This document shows, in pieces, positions 16,402 through 24,430 of a stretch of DNA of 24,430 nt. Under the pieces are notes generated by a model. It was not told where the DNA came from, ran no database searches, and was given only the letters and a program-made list of their open reading frames with translations. This stretch comes from a virus. Lineage: Duplodnaviria > Caudoviricetes. The DNA lies in the IMG/VR virus record IMGVR_UViG_3300022934_000174, positions 1 through 24,430 of that record. The stretch is one strand, 5' to 3'. Every line of letters starts with the position of its first letter. The first letter of the stretch is position 1. The translations under genes were made by a program, and so were the position numbers.

Positions 16402-16420
16402 GTCTTTGAATCACACAGCA

Positions 16421-16612
16421 ATGCAGTCATCTACAAGTAAAACGCAAGCCTTGAAATTACGGGCCAAACGCATGATGCGTCGGATTGAAGATGAGATTGG
16501 CCCAGTCGAAAGCGATTGGTCAAACAAAGCCAGGATCGATCTGTTTTCTGAGCTGATTCAGGAAATCGAGCTGGCAATCAATGAAGCAAAGGAGTTGACG
16601 TTTGGAAGTTGA
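16421..16612 (+). CDS. Hypothetical helical protein (start uncertain)
   Basis: The 3' part of ORF 16337-16612 looks protein-like and overlaps the next gene start. Confidence 0.45.
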   Translation: MQSSTSKTQALKLRAKRMMRRIEDEIGPVESDWSNKARIDLFSELIQEIELAINEAKELTFGS

Positions 16613-16961
16613 GCGCCCGAAACGGCTGCAATTCGGTAGTGCGACCCGCAAAAGTTTGGCTGTTTTGAGGGCCGTAGCCTCGAGCAAGTACGGCATCAAG
16701 ACGCGCGAGATTGCAGAATTTGCGCACCTTGATGTCAAAACTGTCCAGCACCATCTTCGCATTCTTCGTGCTGCGGGCGTCGTTATGTCGAACGGATCGG
16801 AACGCATTGCAGAGCGGAACGAAGCGGGTCTGTTTGTAGCCGGCGGATCGATCGCGAGCGTGTGGAGCATCGAGCCGAAATTCCTATTTGATCTCGTCGA
16901 AAATCATCTCGACTGGCTGATCATGGTGCGCGAGCAAAAAGAGGAGGCAAAACGGGTTTGA
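16602..16961 (+). CDS. Winged-HTH transcriptional regulator (IclR/ArsR-like HTH)
   Basis: KTREIAEFAHLDVKTVQHHLRILRAAGVV; AAGGAG SD before TTG. Confidence 0.8.
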   Translation: MEVERPKRLQFGSATRKSLAVLRAVASSKYGIKTREIAEFAHLDVKTVQHHLRILRAAGVVMSNGSERIAERNEAGLFVAGGSIASVWSIEPKFLFDLVENHLDWLIMVREQKEEAKRV

Positions 16962-17335
16962 GTTATCTGCTCGACGTCATTATTCCGAAGCTGCCCGATC
17001 TCCAAGTTGCCGCGGCAAAAGGGCATTGGCGGACACGCTACGCTCAAAAAAAAGCGTGGCACAAGCTGGTGTCAGATATGGTGCTGGCCGATCATTACGT
17101 GCCCGATGAGCCCCTGTCTAAAGCCGAGCTTGAGTGCATTCGCTACAGCACTCGAGAGCCTGATCGAGACAACCTGGCGTCTAGTTTCAAGGCAATCATC
17201 GATGCTTTAGTGAATCTCAAAATTCTTGAGGACGATCGGCCGTCGGTGGTGGGCAGCCCGACGTTTCGTTGGGAGCCGGCCAAGCGGGGCGAGGGTCGAG
17301 TGCGGGTGATTGTGCGTGCCGTTGCAGATGATTGA
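16958..17335 (+). CDS. rusA: RusA-like Holliday junction resolvase
   Basis: PDRDNL...K.IIDAL...ILEDD catalytic pattern; GGAGG SD. Confidence 0.85.
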   Translation: MSYLLDVIIPKLPDLQVAAAKGHWRTRYAQKKAWHKLVSDMVLADHYVPDEPLSKAELECIRYSTREPDRDNLASSFKAIIDALVNLKILEDDRPSVVGSPTFRWEPAKRGEGRVRVIVRAVADD

Positions 17336-17501
17336 TTACAGCTTTGATGACCCCGACGGCTTAAGTTGGTCAGAGTTTTTGAAACAGGTCCGCAAACGGG
17401 TCCAGGTTGTGAACAATCTCAGCTCGAGCGACAAGCAACGCCTGCACGACGAGCTGCAAGGCGTGCCGTGGTGGGCGCAACACGAAAGCGACGATGCATG
17501 A
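17328..17501 (+). CDS. Hypothetical protein
   Basis: Coupled to both neighbours (ATGATTGA and ATGA overlaps). Confidence 0.55.
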   Translation: MIDYSFDDPDGLSWSEFLKQVRKRVQVVNNLSSSDKQRLHDELQGVPWWAQHESDDA

Positions 17502-17734
17502 AGAACCAGAACTGCAATGAAGTGTCGATTTTGACGACTGTCTGCGCACGTTGCTCAAATCTGTTCACTAGCCAACGCTATCATTGGTGGCGTAATCAGC
17601 CGGAATGGGTGTATTGCCATACATGCGCTCGAGATCGGTGGCTCGAAGAGCAGAGAACCAAAGTGGTGGGAAATAGTTTTGCCGTACGAAAAAGGTCATC
17701 CGAAATACGGCGGGCGGAAGAAGGGCACCCCTAA
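17498..17734 (+). CDS. Small CxxC...CxxC zinc-finger protein
   Basis: CARC...CHTC; ATGA coupling. Confidence 0.55.
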   Translation: MKNQNCNEVSILTTVCARCSNLFTSQRYHWWRNQPEWVYCHTCARDRWLEEQRTKVVGNSFAVRKRSSEIRRAEEGHP

Positions 17735-17999
17735 TAAGCACACGCAAGAAGTGCGGGATGCGGTGCGCCAGGCGCTTGAGGAATCGCATCCAGAAGGGCC
17801 GGTTGGTTATCTGAAGCAGGTCGCTCGAGACGATCCGGCAGTCTTCATGGGCGTCGTCAAAAAGCTGATCCCAAACGCGATCGAGGCGCAGGTCAAGCAA
17901 GAGCAGACCGTGACTGTGCGTCGTTTCGGTTCGGGCAGGGGGGAAAATGGCAGGTCGAAAAAAGAAGACAGGTCCGCCGACGCAGACCGAAGCGAGTAA
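17679..17999 (+). CDS. terS: Terminase small subunit
   Basis: GGRKKGTPNK.T motif followed by YL..VA.DDP..F....KLIP; lies upstream of TerL. Confidence 0.7.
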   Translation: MPYEKGHPKYGGRKKGTPNKHTQEVRDAVRQALEESHPEGPVGYLKQVARDDPAVFMGVVKKLIPNAIEAQVKQEQTVTVRRFGSGRGENGRSKKEDRSADADRSE

Positions 18000-18204
18000 A
18001 CCGATTTCGCCTAGGGTTCAGGCTCTGCGCGAGATTCTGGCATTGCGCGTGCTTCGCTTGCCGGTTCCACCTTGGCTACGCGAGCTCGACGACATGCGTT
18101 TTACCTCAAGGCGTCGCGTTCATGCGGTTCTCGAGAAGATGCGAGCCGACGGAGCGGATTGGAACGAGGTCAACAAGTACGTGGAAGAAGAGATTCCAGC
18201 GTGA
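17947..18204 (+). CDS. Hypothetical basic protein
   Basis: AGGGGGG SD; stop overlaps the TerL GTG start. Confidence 0.6.
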   Translation: MAGRKKKTGPPTQTEASKPISPRVQALREILALRVLRLPVPPWLRELDDMRFTSRRRVHAVLEKMRADGADWNEVNKYVEEEIPA

Positions 18205-19664
18205 ATCTGCAGATCGAGATTGAAGAGCTCGACCCGACTCTGCAGGCGTTCTTAGACTGTCGATCGCGATTTGCGGGCATCATGGGGCCGTTGGGATCCG
18301 GCAAGACCTACACCGCGATCCTGCGCATCCTGCTGGGCATGATTGAGCAGGAGCCGAATGCCCAGGGCATCAGGCCGAGCCGCTGGATTGCCGTCCGAAA
18401 CACCTATCCAGATCTGACCACCACCACGATCAGGGATTTCAGGGAAGTGTTTGACGAGAACTTGGGGACGATGACGATGGGCGGGCTCGATCCGCCGACG
18501 TTCCGAGCTCGATTCAAGCTAGACGATGGCACTCGAGTCGAAAGCGATGTGATCTTTTACGCGCTCGATCGGGAAGACGCGATCCGCAAGCTGCGCGGCG
18601 TTCAAGCGACGGCCTTTTGGTTGAACGAAGCGAAAGAGCTGCAGCGTGACGTGGTGGCGCTCGCAGACCTTCGGCATGGCCGATATCCCTCGGACGTGGC
18701 CGGCGGGGTGCGGGCTTCGTGGCACGGGATCATCGCTGACACCAACGCGCCCGACGAGGACAACTGGTACTACAAAGCCGCGCACGATCCCGATTCGCCC
18801 GACTGGCATTTCTTTCGACAGCCTGGTGGGGTTATCGACACGGGCAAGCTTGACGTTCACGGGCGGAAGATCTGGGTGCCCAACCCCGACGCCGAGAACT
18901 TGCCCAACCTTCCAGACGGTTACTACGAACGAGCTTTGCAGGGTGGGAAGACCGACGACTGGATCGCGAATATGCTGGGCAACGAATATTCGTTCATCGT
19001 CGATGGCAAGCCGGTGCATCCTGATTTCCGCGACCACCTGCATGTGACCCCGACTCAAGTGCAGTTTGACCCAAATCTGCCGCTGATCATTGGCGTCGAC
19101 TTTGGTCGCACGCCAGCCGCTGTGCTTGCGCAGCGCGACGCTTGGGGTCGGATTACGGTTATTGACGAGTTTGTCTCGGACGATATGTCGCAGGCCGTCT
19201 TCGGCCCTGAGCTCCGGTCGTATATTCACTCAAACTATCCCAACGCTCGAGTTCGAGGCTGGAGCGATCCTGCCGGCGACGCGAAGGGGCAGGCGACCGA
19301 AGACACGCCTCGCCAGGTGCTTGTAGCGGCTGGAGTGCCGTGCCAGCCTGCGCCCAGCAACAAGGTGACCCTGCGGCGGGCATCCGTGGCCAACCCGCTC
19401 CGCCGGCTTCTGGGCGATCTGAGGCCAGGATTGATGATCAGTCCAAAAGCAAAGATGGTGCGCAAGGGGCTGGCTGGTGGCTTTTGCTACCGCCGGATCA
19501 AGACCGGAGACGAGCGCTACACCGAAGAGCCCGACAAGAATCAGTACAGCCATCCGGTTGAGGCGCTCGAGTATCTGTGCCTTGGCGAGGGCGAGGGCCG
19601 ATCTGCGTTGATGCCGGTCGATTACGATCCGTACGAACCTGTGCAAACGACGGCGGATTTCTAA
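18201..19664 (+). CDS. terL: Terminase large subunit
   Basis: Walker A GPLGSGKT, Walker B FWLNE, DTNAP coupling motif, RNase H-like GVDFG and SHPVEALEY; GTG 18201 overlaps the upstream stop. Confidence 0.95.
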   Translation: MNLQIEIEELDPTLQAFLDCRSRFAGIMGPLGSGKTYTAILRILLGMIEQEPNAQGIRPSRWIAVRNTYPDLTTTTIRDFREVFDENLGTMTMGGLDPPTFRARFKLDDGTRVESDVIFYALDREDAIRKLRGVQATAFWLNEAKELQRDVVALADLRHGRYPSDVAGGVRASWHGIIADTNAPDEDNWYYKAAHDPDSPDWHFFRQPGGVIDTGKLDVHGRKIWVPNPDAENLPNLPDGYYERALQGGKTDDWIANMLGNEYSFIVDGKPVHPDFRDHLHVTPTQVQFDPNLPLIIGVDFGRTPAAVLAQRDAWGRITVIDEFVSDDMSQAVFGPELRSYIHSNYPNARVRGWSDPAGDAKGQATEDTPRQVLVAAGVPCQPAPSNKVTLRRASVANPLRRLLGDLRPGLMISPKAKMVRKGLAGGFCYRRIKTGDERYTEEPDKNQYSHPVEALEYLCLGEGEGRSALMPVDYDPYEPVQTTADF

Positions 19665-20101
19665 TGTCTGAGTTGATGCAGTTGCATGGAAATGGGGTGG
19701 CCCAGTTTGGCAGCGAGATTGCTGCGCTCTGGGGCTTCCCTCGAGAAATAGCCGAGCACGAGATCGAAGACGGGATTTGGTTTGCCGAAACCGAAGATCA
19801 CGAGATCCTGATGATTTGGTGGATTGAGATCACCGGTTTGAGTTGCGGTGGCATTGGCGTGCATTACGTAGTCAGGCCGCAATCTCGCAAGCGCTGGAAT
19901 GTGCGGCGGTGGGTAGATCACGTTATCGACGAAACGCGCAAAAGAGATTTCGACCATATCCACGCAGCCGTTCCGGCAAAACTGGTGCTGTATATTCTCA
20001 GATACGTTGACATCTGGAACCGCAGGCATTCTGATCAGGTCGGGCTCGAAAGTATTGCCGAGCTTGACGACGAGGTGTTTTTCGTCACCGTTCGCCTGTA
20101 G
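19664..20101 (+). CDS. GNAT-fold acetyltransferase-like protein
   Basis: VHYVVRPQSRKR resembles the acetyl-CoA binding loop; TAATG coupling; same position as GNAT-like genes before podovirus portals. Confidence 0.5.
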   Translation: MSELMQLHGNGVAQFGSEIAALWGFPREIAEHEIEDGIWFAETEDHEILMIWWIEITGLSCGGIGVHYVVRPQSRKRWNVRRWVDHVIDETRKRDFDHIHAAVPAKLVLYILRYVDIWNRRHSDQVGLESIAELDDEVFFVTVRL

Positions 20102-20113
20102 AGGGAGTGCGCC

Positions 20114-20737
20114 GTGGGTGGAATTGTAGAGGCTGCGATCATCGGGGCTGCCATTGGCGGCGCGACATCGGGCACGGTGAGCGCGGCAAAGGGCGAATCT
20201 GTCGGCGATGTCTTCAAGAATGTTGGGATAGGTGCCGGCCTAGGCGCGGTTGCGGGGGGCGCAGGTGGCGCAATCGCTGGACCGGGCGCGGCAGCCGGTA
20301 CGCAATCCGCAACGCAAACCGCAGTACAAGCGCCTGGCCAAGCTGCCGGCACGTCCATGACCGCAGCGGCGTCTGGTAGTGCGGGAGCAGGTGCTGGGGG
20401 CGCTGGGGGTGGTGCGGGCGCGGCCGCCCAGCAGGCCGGACAGCAGGCCGGACAGCAGGCAGCGCAGCAAACGATGGCGCAGAAGGCGACAGAGCTAGCC
20501 AAGGAGGCTGCGGTTCCTCTCGCGGTGGCTGGCGGGACGACGGGTCTGACGATGGGTCTTGCACCGCAGCCGGCGTCGATGCCGCCTGCCGCAACGGCAG
20601 ACACGGGGTCGGCTTTGGCGGCTCGAGACGCTGAGCGGCGACGCAGGGCTCAGTCTTCCCGCGCTGCGATCCGCAGCACCCTGGGCTCCGCGATGGCTGC
20701 CAACACAGCGCGCTCGACGCTGGGCGGTGGCTACTAA
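20114..20737 (+). CDS. Gly/Ala-rich virion (ejection/tail assembly) protein
   Basis: MGGIVEAAIIGAAIGG glycine-zipper N-terminus, basic C-terminus ending TLGGGY, immediately before the portal; GAGGGAG SD. Confidence 0.65.
   Translation: MGGIVEAAIIGAAIGGATSGTVSAAKGESVGDVFKNVGIGAGLGAVAGGAGGAIAGPGAAAGTQSATQTAVQAPGQAAGTSMTAAASGSAGAGAGGAGGGAGAAAQQAGQQAGQQAAQQTMAQKATELAKEAAVPLAVAGGTTGLTMGLAPQPASMPPAATADTGSALAARDAERRRRAQSSRAAIRSTLGSAMAANTARSTLGGGY
20429..20460 (+). repeat. 12-bp coding tandem repeat (CAGCAGGCCGGA) x2.7
   Basis: Encodes QQAGQQAGQQA. Confidence 0.8.
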
Positions 20738-22374
20738 TGCACGGGTCTGATTCAAACCAAGCGCTCGAGTGCAAGAAGCGCGTGAAAGAGCTCAAGGGCC
20801 GGCGCACGAATTTCGACGATCAATGGCAACAAGTCAAAGATCTGGTCTGGCCGGACGGCGGCGATTTCACGTATCGGCATTCGCCGGGCGAGAAAACGAC
20901 TGAGAAGATCTACGAAGCGACGGCAGCGTTGGCGCTTGAAAAGGGCGCGGCAGCGCTCGAGTCGTTTCTGACGCCTAGGACTGAGCGATGGCATCGGCTG
21001 GTCGCGTCCGACGAGCAGCTCAACGAGATTCCTTCGGTCAAGCGCTGGTTTGAGCAAGCCACCGACGTTCTGTTTCGATGGCGAAACGCACCGGCTGCGC
21101 GGTTCTACGGACAGGTACACGAGGTTTGGAAGAGCAATCTCGCGTACGGCAACGCTTGTTTGCTGGTCGAAGAAACCGCAGAGGGCGCGACCCGATATCA
21201 GCAGATACACGTTGGTTCTGCGTGGATCGACACCGACCACGAAGGCAATGTGGACTCGATCTATCGAGAGTACGAGCTGACTGCGAGAGCGGCTTGTCGG
21301 CGGTGGGGAGACAAGGCCCCGAAGTGCGCACGCGATGCAAAGGACGAGAATCCGTTTGCAAAGCACACGTATTTGTCGGTGGTCAAGCCCAGCGACGATT
21401 ACGAGTACGGCAAAAAGACCTCAATGAAATACGAGGCTCTCGAGATCTCGGTAGACGAGGAATCGGTGCTTGAGCGCGGGGGGTTTTACGAGCTCCCGTA
21501 CATCTGGAGCCGATACACCGTCAACCCGCACGAGATGTACGGTCGAGGGCCGGCAATGCTGGTCTTGCCCGACATCAAGACGCTGCAGGAGATGCAGAAA
21601 GCGTTCATTCGGTCTGGGCACAAGGTGGCCGATCCGCCCCTGCTGGTAGCCGACGACGGGGTTTTGGGTCGAGGCTCTAAACGGATCAGGATCAATCCAG
21701 GCGGCATCACCGTGGGCGGTGTAGACGCGATGGGCAATCCGAAGATCCTGCCTCTTCAGACGGGTGGCCGTCTTGATATGACCGAAGGGATGATGGAATT
21801 CCTGCGGCAGAACATTCGCGACGCGCTGGGTGTTTCGTTGTATGACATCCTCGTGCGAGATCGCGTCCAGATGACGGCGACCGAAGTGCTGTCTCGCGAA
21901 AAAGAGAAAGCGCAGTTTCTTACTCCCGTGATTGGACGCCAGCAGAGTGAGCTTCTCGGCCCGCTTATCGCTCGAGAGATTGCCATTGCCATTCGGACGA
22001 ACGCGCTGGATCCGATGCCAGGCGAGCTGATCGAGGCGCAAGGCGAGTACGAAATCGAGTACGAGTCGAGCGCGACGCGCATGCAGAAGAGCGACGAGAT
22101 TCTGGGCATACAGCGCGCAGTCGAGGTGGCTCTGCCGTTCATTGAGTCGGACCCGACGCTCTTGCAGATGTGGAAAAACGACAAACTGATCCGGCACGTC
22201 AGCCATACGCTGGGCGTTCCGAGCAAGCTTGTCCGCACCGAAACCGAGTACGAAGAACTCGACATGCAGGCCAAGCAGCAGGCCGCGGAAGCGCAAATGC
22301 TTAGCCAAGCTCCGCAGGCGGCAAAGGCGATGCGAGAAATTTCGGCAATGGGTAACGGCGAGGCGATTGTTTGA
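20737..22374 (+). CDS. Portal (head-tail connector) protein, T7/BPP-1 type
   Basis: 545 aa; YGRGPAM..LPDIK.LQ, PPLLV, MTATEV..R..EK and ELLGPLI.R motifs. Confidence 0.95.
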   Translation: MHGSDSNQALECKKRVKELKGRRTNFDDQWQQVKDLVWPDGGDFTYRHSPGEKTTEKIYEATAALALEKGAAALESFLTPRTERWHRLVASDEQLNEIPSVKRWFEQATDVLFRWRNAPAARFYGQVHEVWKSNLAYGNACLLVEETAEGATRYQQIHVGSAWIDTDHEGNVDSIYREYELTARAACRRWGDKAPKCARDAKDENPFAKHTYLSVVKPSDDYEYGKKTSMKYEALEISVDEESVLERGGFYELPYIWSRYTVNPHEMYGRGPAMLVLPDIKTLQEMQKAFIRSGHKVADPPLLVADDGVLGRGSKRIRINPGGITVGGVDAMGNPKILPLQTGGRLDMTEGMMEFLRQNIRDALGVSLYDILVRDRVQMTATEVLSREKEKAQFLTPVIGRQQSELLGPLIAREIAIAIRTNALDPMPGELIEAQGEYEIEYESSATRMQKSDEILGIQRAVEVALPFIESDPTLLQMWKNDKLIRHVSHTLGVPSKLVRTETEYEELDMQAKQQAAEAQMLSQAPQAAKAMREISAMGNGEAIV

Positions 22375-22637
22375 GCCTGAACGAACGAGCTCGAGAGGCG
22401 TTTGCGCCTCGCGACGTGCGCGACGCCTATGCCTCGGTCTTCAGGGGGCCGCAGGGCAGCTTGGTTTTGGCGCATTTGGCAGACGCCTGCCGAGCAACTC
22501 GCACGACGTTTGAGGGCGACCCCTGGTCAATGGCGGTGACCGAGGGCCGGCGTCAGGTGTGGATGATCATTCAAGACGTGCTGAGTCTGACAGAGCAGGA
22601 TCTGCGAGACATTCAGCAAGAAGTGTCCGATCGATAG
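22371..22637 (+). CDS. Bbp19-like small head-region protein
   Basis: Y..VF.GP.G..VL.HL...C and A..EGRRQV...I pattern; lies between portal and scaffold. Confidence 0.7.
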   Translation: MSLNERAREAFAPRDVRDAYASVFRGPQGSLVLAHLADACRATRTTFEGDPWSMAVTEGRRQVWMIIQDVLSLTEQDLRDIQQEVSDR

Positions 22638-22645
22638 GGGGGCAA

Positions 22646-23560
22646 ATGAGTGAGGAAACGAGCGCAGCGGCTGGCAGCGGAGAGGCTGCGGCATCAGGCG
22701 GCCTAGAAAGCGCTGGAGCGGCGCTGGGCGTGGATTTCGGCTCAGGGTCGATCGCAGAGCCGGTTGACAGTCCCGTGGAGTCTCAGGGCGTTTCAGAGCC
22801 CCAGAGCGCCTCTGGATGGCTTGACGGCTACAGCATCGAAGACCGGGCGTACATCGAAAATAAGGGGTGGAAAGACCCCGCTGCCATTCTGAACTCGTAC
22901 AAGCACGCTGTTCAGCGGATTGGCGGCGATCCGACCGACGCGATCCAGGTGCCGGATTGGGACAACGAAGAGCAGGTGTCGGAATTCCGGTCAAAGATCG
23001 GAGTCCCGCAGGAAGCGTCTGGCTATCCCGAGCTCGAGGTGCAAACTGCCGACGGTCAGGCAATGCCGTTGGATGAAGTCAACCGGATTGCGCATCAGAT
23101 CGGGCTCACGCCGGCTCAGCGCGCCCAGCTCGCGATCATTACCGGTCAGCTTATTGATTCCGAGCGCTCGCACAGCCAGGCGCAGTTCGCGGCGCAGGTG
23201 GCGCAGGAATCAAAAGAGGTGATGGCGGAATACGGGAAAACCCCCAAAGAATTCGACGCCATGGTCAAGCGTGGAATCCAGGCTCTGGGTTTCACGCAGG
23301 ACGACTCAAGGCAGTTGACGCAAGCCATCGGCGTCAAGAAGGCTGTGAAGATTCTGAGCACGGTAGCAGCGGCCACGACTGAAAAAGCCGTGGTCAACGA
23401 CGGCGACAGCTTGGGATCGATGGGCCAGATGAGTCAAGAAGTGGCGCGCAAGCGTCGCAGCTTGCTGATCAAAGACGACAACTTCCGAAAGCGCATGTTT
23501 GACGGCGACGTTCAAGCGATTGAGGAATGGAACAAGATCCAGGAAGCCGCTGCTGGTTAA
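22646..23560 (+). CDS. Capsid scaffolding/assembly protein
   Basis: AGGGGGG SD before ATG 22646; acidic disordered N-terminus; KGWKD...SY and F..KIGVP...Y motifs; directly precedes the capsid gene. Confidence 0.8.
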   Translation: MSEETSAAAGSGEAAASGGLESAGAALGVDFGSGSIAEPVDSPVESQGVSEPQSASGWLDGYSIEDRAYIENKGWKDPAAILNSYKHAVQRIGGDPTDAIQVPDWDNEEQVSEFRSKIGVPQEASGYPELEVQTADGQAMPLDEVNRIAHQIGLTPAQRAQLAIITGQLIDSERSHSQAQFAAQVAQESKEVMAEYGKTPKEFDAMVKRGIQALGFTQDDSRQLTQAIGVKKAVKILSTVAAATTEKAVVNDGDSLGSMGQMSQEVARKRRSLLIKDDNFRKRMFDGDVQAIEEWNKIQEAAAG

Positions 23561-23592
23561 ACACGCGGTACACTTGTGAAAGTGGAAGACAC

Positions 23593-23716
23593 CCCTCGCT
23601 GAGTCGCGAGCGCTCTGATAACCCGCAAGGGCCGGAGCAGATTGACTCGAGGGCCTGACACGCGATTCGCGTTCGGCCCCGCCTTGTGCGGACAAGCCAA
23701 AACCCAAATTGGTTTT
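23593..23716 (+). promoter_or_regulatory. Structured 5' leader of the capsid gene
   Basis: Nested hairpins including CCC-GCAA-GGG (GNRA tetraloop) and two 4x1 internal loops G-AYAA/C-C. Confidence 0.6.
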
Positions 23717-23740
23717 TGACTTTTACTCACGAGGTGACAA

Positions 23741-24430
23741 ATGTCTTCCGAGATTACCGTTGCTCATTCCGAGCAATATGCCAGCAATGTCGAACTTCTT
23801 CTCCAGCAGCAGCAGAGCCGTCTGCGGACCGCTGTCCGGTCCAACTCCTACACCGGCAAGGCTGCCCAGCCGGTTCAGCAGATCGGTTCGGTCACGCTTT
23901 CGGACTGGGTCCGCGAGGGCGACACGCCGATCCTGAACACGCCGCACGACGTGCGCTGGCTCGAGCCGGTGACGAAGCACGGCGCGCAGCTCATCGATCG
24001 GCACGATTTCCTTCGCACGATTGCAGACTTCCGCAGCCCCTACGTCGAGAACGGCGCAGCGGCGGCGAACCGAGCCTGCGATCAGATCATCATCGACGCG
24101 GCTTTTGGCTCGTCGAAGACGGGCGAGGACAAGGGCACGACGGTCGCCTGGGACACGTTCACGACGGCCAACCCCACCCACATCATCGATTCGGCGGGTG
24201 CTAACGGCATGACCGTGTCGAAGCTGCGGGCGGCCAAGAAGGCCCTGATGAAGGCTGAGGTGGACATCGACAACGAGGAGCTCTTCGTCGTCATGACCGG
24301 CGCGCAGCACGACGATCTGCTGGGCGAAACCCTGGCGGCCAGCGCGGACTACAACACCACGCCGGTCCTGGTCGATGGTCGGATCCGATCGTTCATGGGC
24401 TTCAACTTCATCACCACCGAGCTGATGCCG
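23741..24430 (+). CDS. Major capsid protein, 3'-truncated (absent from ORF track)
   Basis: GAGGTG SD then ATG 23741: MSSEITVAHSEQYASNVELLLQQQQSRLR...DTP...R..DQIII.A...DYN...LVDG.I.SFMGFNFI; open to the window end. Confidence 0.93.
   Translation, partial: MSSEITVAHSEQYASNVELLLQQQQSRLRTAVRSNSYTGKAAQPVQQIGSVTLSDWVREGDTPILNTPHDVRWLEPVTKHGAQLIDRHDFLRTIADFRSPYVENGAAAANRACDQIIIDAAFGSSKTGEDKGTTVAWDTFTTANPTHIIDSAGANGMTVSKLRAAKKALMKAEVDIDNEELFVVMTGAQHDDLLGETLAASADYNTTPVLVDGRIRSFMGFNFITTELMP

Noticed and set aside
18072-18200. Extended N-terminus of TerL
   Set aside because: Overlaps the 17947-18204 gene; GTG 18201 is coupled to that stop and gives a typical TerL start.
23686-24310. ORF-track entries 23686-24204 (+) and 23723-24310 (-)
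   Set aside because: Shadows of the true capsid frame starting at 23741, which has an SD and capsid-like sequence but no stop in the window.
1-24430. tRNA, rRNA, integrase/att sites, IS elements, reverse transcriptase or DGR repeats
   Set aside because: No supporting motifs or long repeat pairs were seen by manual reading.

Overview
This 24.4 kb window is most of a short-tailed (podovirus-like, BPP-1/epsilon15/T7-portal type) dsDNA phage genome. Spanins and a PEP-CTERM-like tail point to a Gram-negative host. The window starts inside the late/virion module (giant polyvalent-type internal virion protein, fibre-like protein, lysis cassette, metallophosphoesterase cluster). A leftward operon follows (small ORFs, SSB, ERF recombinase, C5-methyltransferase, QueC, TGT/DpdA-like), then a repeat-rich divergent control region, then a rightward operon (Cro-like, wHTH proteins, RusA, TerS, TerL, GNAT, portal, scaffold). 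The window ends inside the major capsid gene at 23741, which the ORF track misses. The most interesting observations are: (1) a DNA-modification cassette with a fully dual-coded C5-methyltransferase (motif IX in a second frame) followed by a minimal QueC plus TGT-fold pair with no folE/queD/queE; (2) a double 11-bp pseudoknot or switch linking the SSB stop codon to the ERF ribosome-binding site; (3) a phage-encoded PEP-CTERM-like protein and a signal-peptide-bearing fibre protein; (4) structured RNA candidates upstream of the capsid gene and at 16.1-16.4 kb; (5) strong CTCGAG over-representation. All calls come from manual motif reading; no searches were run.
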